DNA of 64,000 nucleotides, taken from contig NC_092370.1 of NCBI RefSeq assembly GCF_030028105.1, forward strand, positions 222,810,005 to 222,874,004. The letters are read 5' to 3'. This document shows, in pieces, positions 25,300 to 38,112 of the stretch (positions within the stretch are counted from its first letter, which is position 1; each line of letters starts with the position of its first letter). Made by a program: the position numbers and the translations under genes. The notes under the pieces are model-generated. The model searched no databases, was not told the DNA's origin, and saw only the letters and a list, made by a program, of their open reading frames with translations. The DNA is from Mobula birostris. Its lineage: Eukaryota.

Positions 25300-26150
25300 A
25301 CCGAGGTGTATCCAGACGGCAGACGTGGGCAAGCCAGTGGAGTGTGTGCAGGATTGGCCTATACAAGAAACACTCGACGCGATGAACTTGAACTTGCTAT
25401 TCTAGTCTCTCAAAACGAATGCTAACATTGCATTTGCCTTCCTTACTACCGACTCGACCTGAAAGTTAACCTTTATGGACTCCTGTATTAGGACACTCTG
25501 CACCTCCGATTTCTGAATTTGCTCCCTGTGTAGAAAATAGTCTGTGGTTGCAGTTTCCTTCTACCACTGTGCATGGCCATACATTTCCCTACACTGTATT
25601 CCATCTGGAGAAAGTGGGAGAACACCCGTGTTCCATTGGACTTCCATTGGAGACCCCCCCCCACCCCCACCACCACCACCACATACATACTCTCTCTCTC
25701 CCCCTACTGCTGGACGGCAGCCGTGGGGAGTGTACAAGATCGGCCCGTACAGGAAACACCTCGTCGCGCTGCGGAACGGGATTGGCGCCATGGTAGAGTA
25801 GTGGAGTTCAATTCCGGCATCCTCCATAAGAAAATCTGTAAATTCTCCCCATGATAATGTGGGTTTCTTCTGGGTGTTTCGGTTGGTAGGTTAATCAGTC
25901 ACTGCAAATTGTCCCATGATTAGGCTAGGATTAAATTGGGGGTTGCTGGGCGGTACAGCGCGTTGGGATGCAAGGCCTGTTTTGCACTGTGTCTCAAAAT
26001 AAACAAAAAGGTAAGTACATTTCCAAGAAACGTCTGGTGTTACGTAGGACCGTCCCCCGAGGAGCGTGTCGAGTCCTGGGCATAAGGAGCCGAATGTGGC
26101 CAGCTCTCCAGGTGTCCGCAGTGGCCGGAAGCGTTGACTCCGAGACATGT
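25300..26150 (-). mobile_element. Additional Tx1-like ORF2 fragments interleaved with CR1/SINE pieces
   Basis: CFLYRPILHTLHWLAHVCRLDTP (25300-25385) and PIPFRSATRCFLYGPILYTPH...GGGG...TGVLPL (25600-25800) resemble Tx1 ORF2; 26040-26150 is a weaker candidate. Confidence 0.55.
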
Positions 26151-26519
26151 TACAGGCGTGATAGAGGAGAGGGGATTGTGGTTTTGATTAGAGACAACAT
26201 CGCGGTGCCCAGAGATGATATTCTCGGGGAATTGTCCATTGAGGCCATGGGACTGTATTATACAGCCATCGCCATAATTTCCGTGCTGTAAGGTCTATGG
26301 CGCGCTGACAGCGATGATTCAAAAATATACTGACTACCCACTTCTCAAAGACAAATTGGGGTGGGCGTTAAAATGTCAGTAATATCCAAAACCCTTAATT
26401 CTGGAGGAAACACGTCTAACTATTCTCACTTAGGTGAAATATTGGTGAGTGGGTGCGTTTAAGGAGGTGTAGAAATCAATGACCTCCGTATTAAGACCAG
26501 GAACAGATGCAGCTCCTCT

Positions 26520-26590
26520 GCTCTGATTGGCTCTCGCCCGTTTCCAATCAAAATATTGACCCCGCCCCATTCGGGTTTCCACGTGCTGTT
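26520..26590. promoter_or_regulatory. Distal promoter-like cluster
   Basis: ATTGG 26526, CCAAT 26544, GC box CCCCGCCCC 26560, E-box CACGTG 26580, all within about 60 bp. Confidence 0.5.
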
Positions 26591-26599
26591 GGCGGTTCG

Positions 26600-27530
26600 G
26601 AATCAGTTTTAATATCACCGGCATATACCGTGAAATGTGTTGTCTTTGCGGCAGCAGCGCAATGCAATACATAATAATAGAGAGAACAAAACTTGGATTT
26701 CAGTAAATGTTTATAAAATAAGTAGTGCAAAAATAAAAACGTAATGAAGTAAACCTGTAATGCCCATTCAGAAATCTAATGGCAGAGAGGAAGAAGCTGT
26801 TCTTGAATCTGAGTGTATGCCTTCAGGCTTCTGTACCTCCTCGCTGATGGAAGCAACGAGAAGGGGGCATGTCCTGGATGATAGGTGTCCTTAATGATAA
26901 ATGCCGCCTTTTTGAGGAATCACTTCTTGAAGGTGTCCTGGATGCTAGTGCCCGTGATGAAGCTGACTAAGTTTACAAGTCTCTGCAGCTTATTTCGATC
27001 CTGTGCAGTAGCCGCCTGGCCCACCCCCTTTCCAGACGATGATGCAGCCAGTTAAAATGCTCTCCACAGTACATTAGTCGAAATTTGCAATTGTCTTTGG
27101 TGACATAGCAAATCTCCTCAAACTCCTAATGAAATATAGCCACTGTCGTGCCATCTTTGTAGCTACATTGATATGTCAGGTCCAGGGTAAATCCTCAAAG
27201 ATATTGGCACGGGCTAACTTGAAATTATTCACTCTTTCTCCTTCTGCGAGGTCTGGTGTGTGTGTTCTCTCATCTTGCCCTTTCTGAAATGTACAATCAG
27301 CTCTTTGGTCTTACTGACTTTGGGTGCGAGGTTGTTGCTGGATACACCACTCAACCAGCTGATATATCTCACTCCTATACGCCCTCTCGTCACCATCTGA
27401 CATTCTGCTTACAACAATTGTATCGTCAGCTAATATGTGATGGCATTTGAGTTGTGCCTAGCCACACAGTCATGGGTGTGGAGCAGAGGACCGAGCACAC
27501 ATCCGTGAGGTGCACCGGCGTTGACCGTCA
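26600..27530 (-). mobile_element. Rex1/Babar LINE, 5'-truncated
   Basis: Family 3' tail at 26600; truncation within RT (minus strand LTVNAGAPHGCVLGPLLHT) near 27530. Confidence 0.8.
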
Positions 27531-27755
27531 GCTGTTTTCATTGGCCAGAGATCGCCGGTTTGTAATTGGTCCGTGTGCCGGGATGCGACCAATGATGTGA
27601 CCCTGTTACCCCGCTGACAGCAGGGGGTAGTGGACAATTGCCGCTTGGTGATTGGCTGACAGAGCGAGGCGGGACAAAGGCCGCGACGTGATTGGCCGCG
27701 CTCGGGGTGAGTGGGAAACGGGCGGCGACCCTCAGCCCCCGCACGCACGCTCGCG
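27531..27755 (+). promoter_or_regulatory. Hsp70 proximal promoter/5' UTR in a CpG island with five CCAAT boxes
   Basis: ATTGG at 27540, 27565, 27651, 27691; CCAAT at 27589; GC-box-like GAGGCGGGAC near 27666; no TATA box or nGAAnnTTCn array seen. Confidence 0.7.
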
Positions 27756-28038
27756 ATGTCGGTCCGCTCGCCGGCTGTCGGCATCGACTTGGGCACCACC
27801 TACTCCTGCGTCGGCGTCTTCCAGCATGGCAAGGTGGAGATAATCACCAACGATCAGGGCAACCGCACGACGCCCAGCTACGTGGCCTTTACCGACACCG
27901 AGCGCCTGATCGGCGATCCGGCCAAGAACCAGGTAGCCATCAATCCCACCAACACCGTCTTCGACACCAAGCGCCTGATAGGCCGGAGGTTCGACGACCC
28001 GACGGTGCAAAGCGACATCAAGCTTTGGCCTTTCACCG
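27756..28038 (+). CDS. HSPA2: HSPA2-like Hsp70, coding exon 1 (94 codons + 1 nt)
   Basis: [30 protein letters not shown]...WPFT; donor ACCG|GTGAGC at 28038/28039. Confidence 0.93.
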
Positions 28039-29470
28039 GTGAGCGGGAAAGCGATGGGCTCAGGGGTATCTAGAAGGGAGCGATGGGATGGAGTGCAGGT
28101 GTGAAGGGATAGGTTTGGGTGGGAGGGTGGGGAGGTGGTGTGGTGGTGGAGAGGTGGGATGGGTTGTTGAGGGTGGTGTGGTGGGGAGACTCAGCCATGC
28201 GGCCTCTCTGCCGTATGCTGGCAGCTGGAATGGTGTTGTACACCGCCCTCTAGATGTGGTGTACCCTAGGCTCTGCATCTAGAGAGCACCGTGCTCGTTC
28301 ACAGTTACGGAGCACGGGAAGAGGCCCTTTGGCCTAATCAATCCAGGCTGACCAAGATGCCATCTAAGCTAGTTGCAATTTGCACAAAATGTTGGGGGAA
28401 TTCAGCAGGTCAGGCAGCATTCATGCAAAAAAAGTACAGTTGATGTTTCAGGCCGAAACCCTTCAACGTGTGTGTGTTGCTTGGATTTCCAGCATCTGCA
28501 GGGGTTTTTTTTTCTTGTTTGTATTTACAATTTACTTCTGTTTGGCCCTTATTGCGATAAGCCACTTCCTCTGGCAATTCATTCCATACACTTACCACCC
28601 ACTGCATTTCAAATAAAGTTCCCATTAAATTTCTCCCCTCTTAACTTAAATATATGCCCTTTGGTTCTTGATTCCCCAACCCTGCGTAAAAGGCTGGGTG
28701 CATTCACCTCATCTACGTATACTATTTTATACAAAACCGCTTTTCATACAGATTTGGGTTAGTAACTGGTTGGTATGCTATGTTGCCATCAGAAACATGG
28801 CAATACTTGTGGACTGTCCCCAGCACATCCTCTGATTGTGGTCATTGACACAAACAATGCTTTTCACTGTAAGTTTCTATGTACACGTGAGAAGGTAATT
28901 ATTAAGCAGCCCTAGCCTGTCTAGCCTCTCCCTTTCACTTGGTCTCTGGGAAAACTGGCAGTATCCTTATAAATGTATTCTGCACTCTTTCCAGTTTAAT
29001 AACATCTTTCCTACAGCAGGGTAACCAAAACTGGACACAATACTCCAGCTGTGGCCTCACCAGAATCTTGTGTGACAGGAACATAAACCTTCTTGCTGTT
29101 CTATGACTCAGTTATTCAATCCAATAAGTAGTTCTTTAGCAATACGGATCTACACTTGGTTGCCATTTCATTCGGAAACTCCTTCATGATCTTCCGCTGT
29201 AGCCTATCCACTTCAAGGTTTGATTTGCTGTGCATTCAGAGATGCTCTTCTGCACACTACTGTTGTAAAGCGTGGTTATTTGGATTACTGTCAGCATGAA
29301 CCAGTCTGGCCATTCTCCTCTGACCAGGTTTTTGCCCACAAAACAGCTGTCACTGGATTTTTAAAATTTACTTTTTGCACCATTCAGTAAACTCTGGAGA
29401 CAGAGTGAAAATCCCAGGAGATAGCAGTTTCTGAGGTACTCAAACCACCCATCTCACATCAATAATCATT

Positions 29471-30188
29471 AATGACTAGACTCTTGGCAGTGTGGAGGAT
29501 CAGAGGGATCTTGGAGTCCGAGTCCATAGACACTCAAAGCTGCTACACAGGTTGACTGTGTGGTTAAGAAGGCGTACTGTGCATTGGCCTTCAATCGTGG
29601 GATTGAGTTTAAGAGCCGAGAGGTAATATTGCAGCCATATAGGACCCTGGTCAGACTTCACTTGGAGTACTGTGCTCAGTTCTGGTTGCCTCTCTATAGG
29701 AAGGACGTGGAAACCATAGAAAGGGTGCAGAGGAGATTTACAAGGACGTTGCCTGGATTGGGGAGCATTCCTTATGAGAATAAGTTGAGTGAACTTGGCC
29801 TTTTCTCCTTGGAGTGACAGAGGATGAGAGGTGACCTGACAGAAGTGTATAAGATGTTGAGAGGTATTGATCATGTGGATAGTCAGAGGCTTTTTCCCAA
29901 GGCTGAAATGGCTAGCATGAGAGGGCGTAGTTTTAAGGTGCTTGGAAGCAGGTACAGAGGAGATGTCAGGGGTAAGTTTTTTTTACGCAGAGCGTGGTGG
30001 GTGCGCGGAAGGGCTGCCGGTGGAGGCAGAAATGATAGGGTCTTTTAAGAGATTCCTGGATGGATACATGGAGCTTAGAAAAATAGAGGGCTATGAGTAA
30101 ACCTAGATAGTTCTAAGGTAAGGACATGTTCGGCACAGGTTTGTGGGCCGAAGGGCCTGTATTGTGCTACAAGGTTTTCTGTGTTTCT
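29471..30188 (+). mobile_element. CR1 3' fragment inserted into a Tc1-like element
   Basis: LVRLHLEYCAQFW and MRGDLTEVYKML motifs; near-perfect TSD AATAATCATT (29461-29470) / AACAATCATT (30189-30198). Confidence 0.8.
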
Positions 30189-30274
30189 AACAATCATTCA
30201 ATGGTTAAACCACTTGGATCACATTTCCTCCCCATTCTGATGTTTGGTCTGAACAACAATGAACCTCTTAATAC

Positions 30275-33045
30275 AACAAGATGGTGCTGCATACGGCGGC
30301 CCTGTTGTGAGCTCTGTTCCAACTTTACAGTATACTGCTAATTTTTGCGATTTCCTTCACATTTCTTGTTCAATTCGCTGATGGTCACATTAGATATGAT
30401 GGACTGACTCTCCTGAACGTCAGGAAGACGACATTTACCCACTACACGCTGCCTTTTCTACACTGGAAACCCCAACTTGAGCGATCAGTGGGAGGTTCAT
30501 CTACTACACTGCTGCTACCTCGGAGGTGAGGGAAAAGGACCGGCGTTCTCTTGAGGTTGAGACGGTGTACTAATCAGCCGCAACTGCTAGCACACTCCTG
30601 GCTAACGTTCAATCCCTGGACAATAAGCTGTGCGAACTGAGAGCCAGAATTTCCTACCAGTGGGAAACAAAGGAGTGTGACATTTTGTGCTTGGTGGAGA
30701 CCTGGCTGACGGGTGAGATACTGGATCATGCCATCGAGCCCTCTGGGTTCTCCCTGTACTGGGTGGACAGATCAAAAAAGCCTCTCTGGGAAGAGTAAAG
30801 GAGATGGGGTATGCTTCATGATCAACAGTGCTCGGTGTGGCCCCCGGAACGTGCATGCCCTCAAATCCTTTTGTTCCCTGGATCTGGAGTACCTTGTGGT
30901 GCTGTGTTGACCTTTCTGGTTGCTTAGGGAGTTCACAGCTATTATTATCACAGCTGTGTATATTCCGCCATAGGCTGATACTGACCTGGCTGTCAAGGAA
31001 CTGTAGAAGACCATCAGCACACTGGAGACTGCACAACCGGGGGCTGCCTTCATCGTTGCCAGTGATTTTAATAGAGCACGTTGATGGAAGTTTCTCTGGA
31101 GTTTTGTCAACATATCCATGTGAGCACACGGGGATATAGCATACTAGATCACTGCTACTGTCCCTTCTGCAACGCTAACAAAGCGCTCCTTCGCCAAACA
31201 TTTGGAAAATCTGATCACTCCTTCATCCTGCTTTTGCTGAAGTACAGGCAGAAGCTGAAACAAGAGGCAGCCAGAGTTAAAGCCATCCACTGTTGGTCTG
31301 ACCAGTGGGCCTCCATGCTACAGGACTGCCTTGATGACGTCGACTGGAATGTTTTCCATGATGAGGACGTTGTCGCCCAGAAATCACTCAGGGTCTATCC
31401 AAACCAGAAACCCTGGATCAACAGTTCTGTGCGAGCAGCACTTACTGCGCAACACAGAGCTTACGTTGCCAGTGACCAATAGGAACTCAAGAAATGCAGC
31501 TACGGTCTGTGCAAAGCCATCAGGGCAGCAAAACAACAATAACAGGACAAGATTCAGACACAGTTCTCCATCAACAACTCTCGCAGCTTGTGGCAAGGTC
31601 TGCACACTATCGCAGACTTCAAAGCTAAACGCAGTGGGGTTTCCAACATTGCTGCTTCTCCCCCAGATGAGCTAAGTATTTTTCACTCTCGATTTGATGT
31701 TGCCAATACTGAGCCCCTGAGGAGAGCTGCTGAGGCTGAAGTACGCAAGTGTTTCCAACGAGTGGACAGTCGCAAGGCTACAGGACAAGACGGCATCGCA
31801 GGGTGGGTACAGAGTGTGCACGGCACAGCTGGCAGCTGTGTTTACAGGCATTTTTAACCTCTCTCCCAGTGTAGAGTGCAGCACATTGACTCTCCGTAAC
31901 TGCTTTTGACAAGTTAAGGTTGAGACACCTTCTTGAATTGTCACTGGCATACAGGCATGATTGGGCAAGGAGTTCTAGGATATTGACTCAGTGATGATGA
32001 AGGAACACCAATATATTTCCAATTTAGGACACTGAGAGAACCGTTCAGGTGGTGGTGTTCCCAGGCATGAGCTCTTGTCCTGCCTGGTGGGTAGTGGTCA
32101 CTGGTTTGGAATGTGGTGTCAGAGTGATCTGCTTGATTAGCTTCAGTGCATTTCGTAGAGTGTTCACACTGCATCCACCATGTGGATGGAATTGAAGCTT
32201 AGAGTGGTGTCTGACATGCTGGTCATGATCAGTACTTTCTGGATAATCTTGAGTTTCTTGATATGTTCTGCAACTGTACTCTTTCAAGCAAGTAGAGGGT
32301 ATACCATTACCTTCCTAATTTATGGTGGTGCAATATCTTTGGAACGTCAAGAGGTGCTGTCAAATAACTTGCATGTCTGGCACTTTTATAAAGGGAGCAT
32401 TGATTGAGGAATCAATGTTAATAAAGCATTGGGAGAATCCACGATCATCTTAAGTGCAATGCTGTAAGGTCTTTTGTACCAGGATGAAAAAGGGGCCTCC
32501 TCATATTCTGCCTGAGTCATCTACAACAAGTTGGCATGAAAGCTGAATTGCCCAATTGTACATAATTTATACCCACTGTGTCCCTTTTTTCTCTCTCCTT
32601 ATCTACCTACTTCATCTTAAGTAAACCCCAACACCTCCTAACTAGCTGCATCACTGCCTGGTATTGGAAATGTACTTCCCTCAATCACAAGACTCTACAG
32701 AGAGTGGTGTGGACAGCCCAGTGCATCTGTAGATGTGAACATCTCACTATTCAGGACATTTACAGAGCCAGGTGTGTACCACAAACTGTTCCAGCTGCTA
32801 CCATCTGGGAAATGGTACTGCAGCATAAAAGCCAGGACCAACAGGCTCCGGGACAGCTGCTTCCCCCAGGCCGTTAGACTGATTAATTCACACTGATACA
32901 ATTGTATTTCTATGTTATGTTGACTGTCCTGTTGGATATACTATTTTTATAAATTACACATTGCACACTTAGACAGAGACAAAACGGAAAGATCTTTACT
33001 CCTCATTTATATGAAAGACGTAAGTAATAAAGTCAGTTCAATTCA
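30275..33045 (+). mobile_element. Rex1/Babar LINE, decayed, internally deleted and interrupted
   Basis: APE start LANVQSLDNKLCELRARISYQ..CLVETWL at 30598, LDHCY..FGKSDH, PNQKPWINS, WQGLHTIADFK; 3' part LTSCITAWY at 32640. Confidence 0.8.
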
Positions 33046-33439
33046 TCTATGTCTGCATGCTTTTAGGCATTGAGTTGCTGCTACATGATTTGCAGACTAG
33101 GTCTTTTGACTTCTAGAATCTGCACTTATGTTTTAATTATTATCTGTTTCCCCTTAAACTTAAAAGCTCTTCTGATCTTAAAAGCTCTTGTAGATTTATC
33201 AAACATAAGTGCTATACATAAAACCATATTTGCTCTATGTAATCCTGATTTTTATCTTTGAATCTTTATACAATGTCTAATATGGACATACACAATTCAC
33301 CTAACAATGTTAGGCTATCTTGCACTGTAGCAATTTAATTTTCTGTACCCTCATTCTTAATTAGGGAAATTGTTTTGTTTCTTCCTAATTTAACGTAAAC
33401 ATTGTTGTTTGTCATCTATATTAACAATATGGAATACAA

Positions 33440-36400
33440 CCTCATTCTCCTGCCTTCTCCGTGTAACATTTCATGGCCTGACTTGTCAAGTATCTATCAA
33501 CCTCTTCTTAAGTACATCCAATGACCTGGCCTCCACAGCTGCCTGTGGCAATGAATTCCACAGATTTGCCACCCTCTGACTAAAGAAATTCCTACTAATC
33601 TCTGTTCTAAAAGGAATTCCTTCTATTCTGATGCTGTGCCCTTTAGTCCTAAACTACCCCACTATAGGAAACATCCTCTCCACATCCACTCTATCTAGGC
33701 CTTTCAACATTCAATAGATTTCAATAAGATCCTCCCTCATTCTTCTAAATTCCAGCAAGTACAGGCCAAGAACCATCAGGTGCTTCTCATATGATAAGCT
33801 TTTCATTCCCAGAATAATTTTTGTGAACCTCCTTTGAACCCTCTCCAGTTTCAACACATCCTTTTTAAGATGAGGGACCCAAAACTGCTTATAGTACTCT
33901 TAAGTGAGGCCTCACCAGTGCCTTATAAAGCCTCAGAATTAGATCCTTGTTTTTATATTCTCATCCTGAAATGAATGCTAATGTTCATTTACTTTCCTTA
34001 CCACCAACTCAACCTGCAAGTTAACTTCTAGGGAATCCTGCATGAGGACTCCCAAGTCCCTTTGCACCTCAGATTTTTGAATTCTCTCCCTGTTTAGAAA
34101 ATAATCTGTGCTTTTATTTCTTCTACTAAAGTGCATAACCATATATTTCCCGACACTGTATTCCATCTGCCACTTCTTTGCCCATTCCCCTAATCTAAGT
34201 CCTTCTGTAACTTCTCTGCTTCCTCAAAACTACATGCCTCACCACCTTCCTTTGTATTGTCCTCAAAGTTGGCCGTAAAACCATCAATTCCATCATCCAA
34301 ATCATTGATGTTTGACATAAAAAGAAGTGGTCCCAGCACCACTAGCTAATCAGAAAAGGTTACCTTTATTTCCACTCTGTGCCTCCTGCCAGTCAGCCAA
34401 TGTTCTATTCAAGTTAGTAACTTTCCTATAACAACCTGGGCTATTATCTTTCTAAGCAGCCTTGTAAGCAGCACTTCATAAAAGCCCTTCTGAAAATTCG
34501 AGTATACAACATCCATCCTCCTTTGTTTATCCTGCTTGTTATTTATTCAAAGAATTCCAATAGATTTGTCAGGCAAGATTTTCCCTTAAGGAAAATAGAG
34601 ATAGAGTGGATAGCCAGCGCCTCTTCCCCAGGGCACCACTGCTCAATACAAGAGGACATGGCTTTAAGGTAAGGGGTGGGAAGTTCAAGGGGTATATTAG
34701 ATGAAGGTTTTTTACTCAGGGAGTGGTTCGTGCGTGGAATGCACTGCCTGAGTCAGTGGTGGAGGCAGATACACTAGTGAAGTTTAAGAGACTACTAGAC
34801 AGGTATATGGAGGAATCTAAGGTGGGGGTTTATATGGGAGGCAAGGTTTGAGGGTCGGCACAACATTGTGGGCCAAAGGGCCTATACAGTGCTGTACTAT
34901 TCTATGTTCTATGAAACCACGCTGACTTTGGCCTATCTTACCAGGTGCCTCCAAGTATTTCTAAACCCCACAATTGACTCCAACATCTTCCCAATCACTG
35001 AGGTCAGGCCAATTGATCTTTAATTTCCTTTCTTCTGCCTCCCTCCCTTCTTGGAGAGTGGAGTGACATTGCAGTTTTCCAATCCTCTGGATCCATGCCA
35101 GAATGTAGTGATCCTTGATCATTACTAATGCCTTGACAGCATCTTCAGCTATCTCTTTAAAACCCTGGGTTGTCGTCCATCTGGTCCAGGTGACGTATCA
35201 ACCTTCAGACCTTCCAGCTTCCCAAGCACTTTTCCCTAGTTATGGCAACTGAACTCACTTCTGATCCCTGACTCTCTTGAGCTTCTGGCATACTGTTCAT
35301 GACTTCCACAGTGAAGACTGGTGCAAAGTGCTTATTTTGTCCATCCTCCATTTCCCTCTTTCCTCATTACCACTTCTTTAGTGTCATTTTCCTGTGGTCT
35401 GATGTCTGCTCTTGCCTCTCTTTTGTTCATTATATATCTTTAAAAAACTTTTGTAATCTGCTTTGATATTAGTCTGCTTAACTTCATATTTCATCTTTTC
35501 CCTCCCTATGGTTTTTTAGTTGCCTTCTGTTGGTTTTTACATTTGGCAATCCTCTAACTTCACACTAATTTTTGCTTTATTAAATGCTCTTTTTAGCTTT
35601 TATGTTGACTTTGGCTTCCCTTGTCAGCCACAGTTATGTCATCCCATCTTTAGACTATCTCTTATTTGGGATGTATCTATCTGAGCTTTCCAAATTGCTC
35701 CCAGAAACTCCAGCCATTGCTGCTCTGCCATCAACCCTGGTAGTGTCCCCTTCCAATCAACTCTGGCCAGCTCCTCTCATGCCTCTGTAATTCCCTTTAC
35801 TCCATGATACATCTGACTTCAGCTTCTCCTTTTCAAATTGCAAGATGGAGTCTATCATATTATCACTGCATCCTAAGGGTTCCTTTACCTTTAGCTCCTT
35901 AATCAAATCCAGTTCATTACACAACATCCATTCCAGAATAGCTGATCTCCTAGTGGGCTCAGCCACAAGCTGTTCTAAAGAGCCATCTCATCGGCATTCT
36001 ACAAATTCTCTCTTGGGGTCCATAATCAGCACCAAACTGATTTTCCTAATCTACCTGCATATTGGAATCCCTCATGATGATCGTAACATTACCCTTTTGA
36101 CATCTATTTTCTTCTACCTGTTGTAATTTGTAGCCCACATCCTGTCCACGTTTCGGATGCCTGTAAATAACTCCCATCAGGAACCCTTGCAATTCCTCAA
36201 CTCTACCCACAAGGATTCTACATCTTCTGATCCTATACCACCTCTAAGGATTTGATTTCATTCTTTACCAACAGAGCATGCCACCCCTTCTGCCTTTCTG
36301 CCTGTCCTTTTGATACGTCGAGCATCCTTGGATGTTAAGCTCCCAAACATAATCTTCTTTCAGCCACAATTGAATGATGCCCATGTCATACCTACCAATC

Positions 36401-37640
36401 TAACTGCACTACAAGATTATCTGCCTTGTTCCATATACCGTGTGCCTTTAAATATATGTCAGTCCTGTATTCATCACTCGTTGATTTTGTCCCCCGTTAC
36501 ACTGCAACTCATCCCACTGACTGCAATTTTGCCCTATCATCAACCTCTCCTTGCTCAAGCAGAGCAGTCTCATTACACACTGCCTCTGCTTGTATACCAA
36601 CTGTGCCATCCTCAGCCCTATCACTGGCTTTCCTGTCAAAACCTGCCCACAAGGCTTTTGGCACCCCCCCCTGGTTCAGGTGTAACCTGCCCCTTTTGTA
36701 CAGGTCATACCTTCCCCAGAAGAGAAAGGTATTCTGCCCCCTGCACCAGTTCCTCACCCATGCATTCATCTGCCAAATCGCCCTATTCTTACCCTCACTA
36801 GGTGTGGCATGGGCAGCAATCCAGAGGTTACTACCCTGATGGTCCTGCTTTTCAGCTTTCCACCTAGCTCCCTAAATTCTCTCTTCGGGGCCTGCTCCCT
36901 TTTCCTATCTTTGTCTTTGGTGCCAATATGTACCAAACTTCAGGCTGCACCCCCTTCCCCTTTAGAATGCCGTGGGTTCGATCCGAAATGTCTATGATCC
37001 TGGCATCTGGAAGGCAACGTACAATCTGGTGTCTCTATGGTGTCCACAGAATCTCGTGTTTACTCTTAACTACCAGATCCAGTCATTGCGGCTCCCACCG
37101 GTAAGTCATCAACCCCCCACCCTCATCCCCTCACCAAACAGTGTCTAAAGTGGTATACTTATTATTGATGGGAATGGCCACAGGAGTATTCTGCACTGAC
37201 TGCCCATTTTCTTTCCCTCTCCTGACAGTCACCCAGGAACCTGCCTCCTGCAAGTTGGGGGTGACTACCTCATGTAGCTCCTACCCATCACCTCCTCAGT
37301 TTTCCATATGAAGCGAAGGTCATCGAGCTGCAGCTCTGGTTCCTTGACATGTCGTGTCCTCTGAAGAACTGAACTTGGTGCACCTGGTGTAGATATAGTT
37401 ATCCAGGAGGCTAGAGGTCTCCCAGAATTCCCACATCTCACAAAGAACACAACACAGCTCCTGGAGCCATCGTCACTGCTCTACGTATGTACTAACAAAG
37501 AATGAAGAAGAAACTTGCTGGATACTTGCCTTGCTTAAGTTTGTTGAGCCAAAGTTTCCCCACTCTTTAACACTGGTCCACTCACACAATGGCCACTCCG
37601 CTTGTCCCTACCTTATTTTTATTTACCCATGCTGATAAAT
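33440..37640 (-). mobile_element. Near full-length decayed CR1 (ORF1 esterase + ORF2) with a nested CR1 3' end at about 34595-34912
   Basis: ORF1-like MNAWVRNWC...FWGRYDLYKR.RLHLN; endonuclease EPTRRSAILEWMLCNE..EPLGCSD; RT and 3' UTR remnants. Confidence 0.8.
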
Positions 37641-38112
37641 CATCAGAAAATGGCAAAAACCCATGAATGCTCCCTTTTTTTTAAAAACCCCTAACTTGTG
37701 GACCTGTGAGCTGCCTCCTCTCTTGCTCCTGATACGATTGTGCTGCTGGAAAAATGCTGACAAGTGTGAGGTGTTTCACTTTGGGAGGAGAAACTGAGGT
37801 AGTACTTTAAAAAGAGTGAACAGTAGGGCATTAAAGGATGTGTTGAACAGGGGGATCTGGGAACACAAATCCCTAGTTCCTTGAAAGTAGCATCACGGGT
37901 TTAAAAGGTCTTCAGTCTTCCCAGCATCGAGGACATCTTCAAAAGGTTATACCTCAAAAAGGCTCCATCCATCATTAAGGACACCCGTCACCTGGGACAT
38001 GCCCTCTTCTCATTCCTACCATCAAGTAGGAGGTACAGGAGCCTGAAGACATGCTCAATATTTTAGAAACAGCTTCTTCCACTCTGCCCCCAGATTTCTG
38101 AATGGACAATGA

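Noticed and set aside
25300-25800. Duplicated 65-bp CpG-rich element as a novel ncRNA or exon pair
   Set aside because: Better explained as two homologous Tx1 ORF2 remnants.
27711-28073. Truncated Hsp70 pseudogene fragment
   Set aside because: Homology ends exactly at a donor site that joins in frame to 41930, so it is exon 1 of an intact gene.
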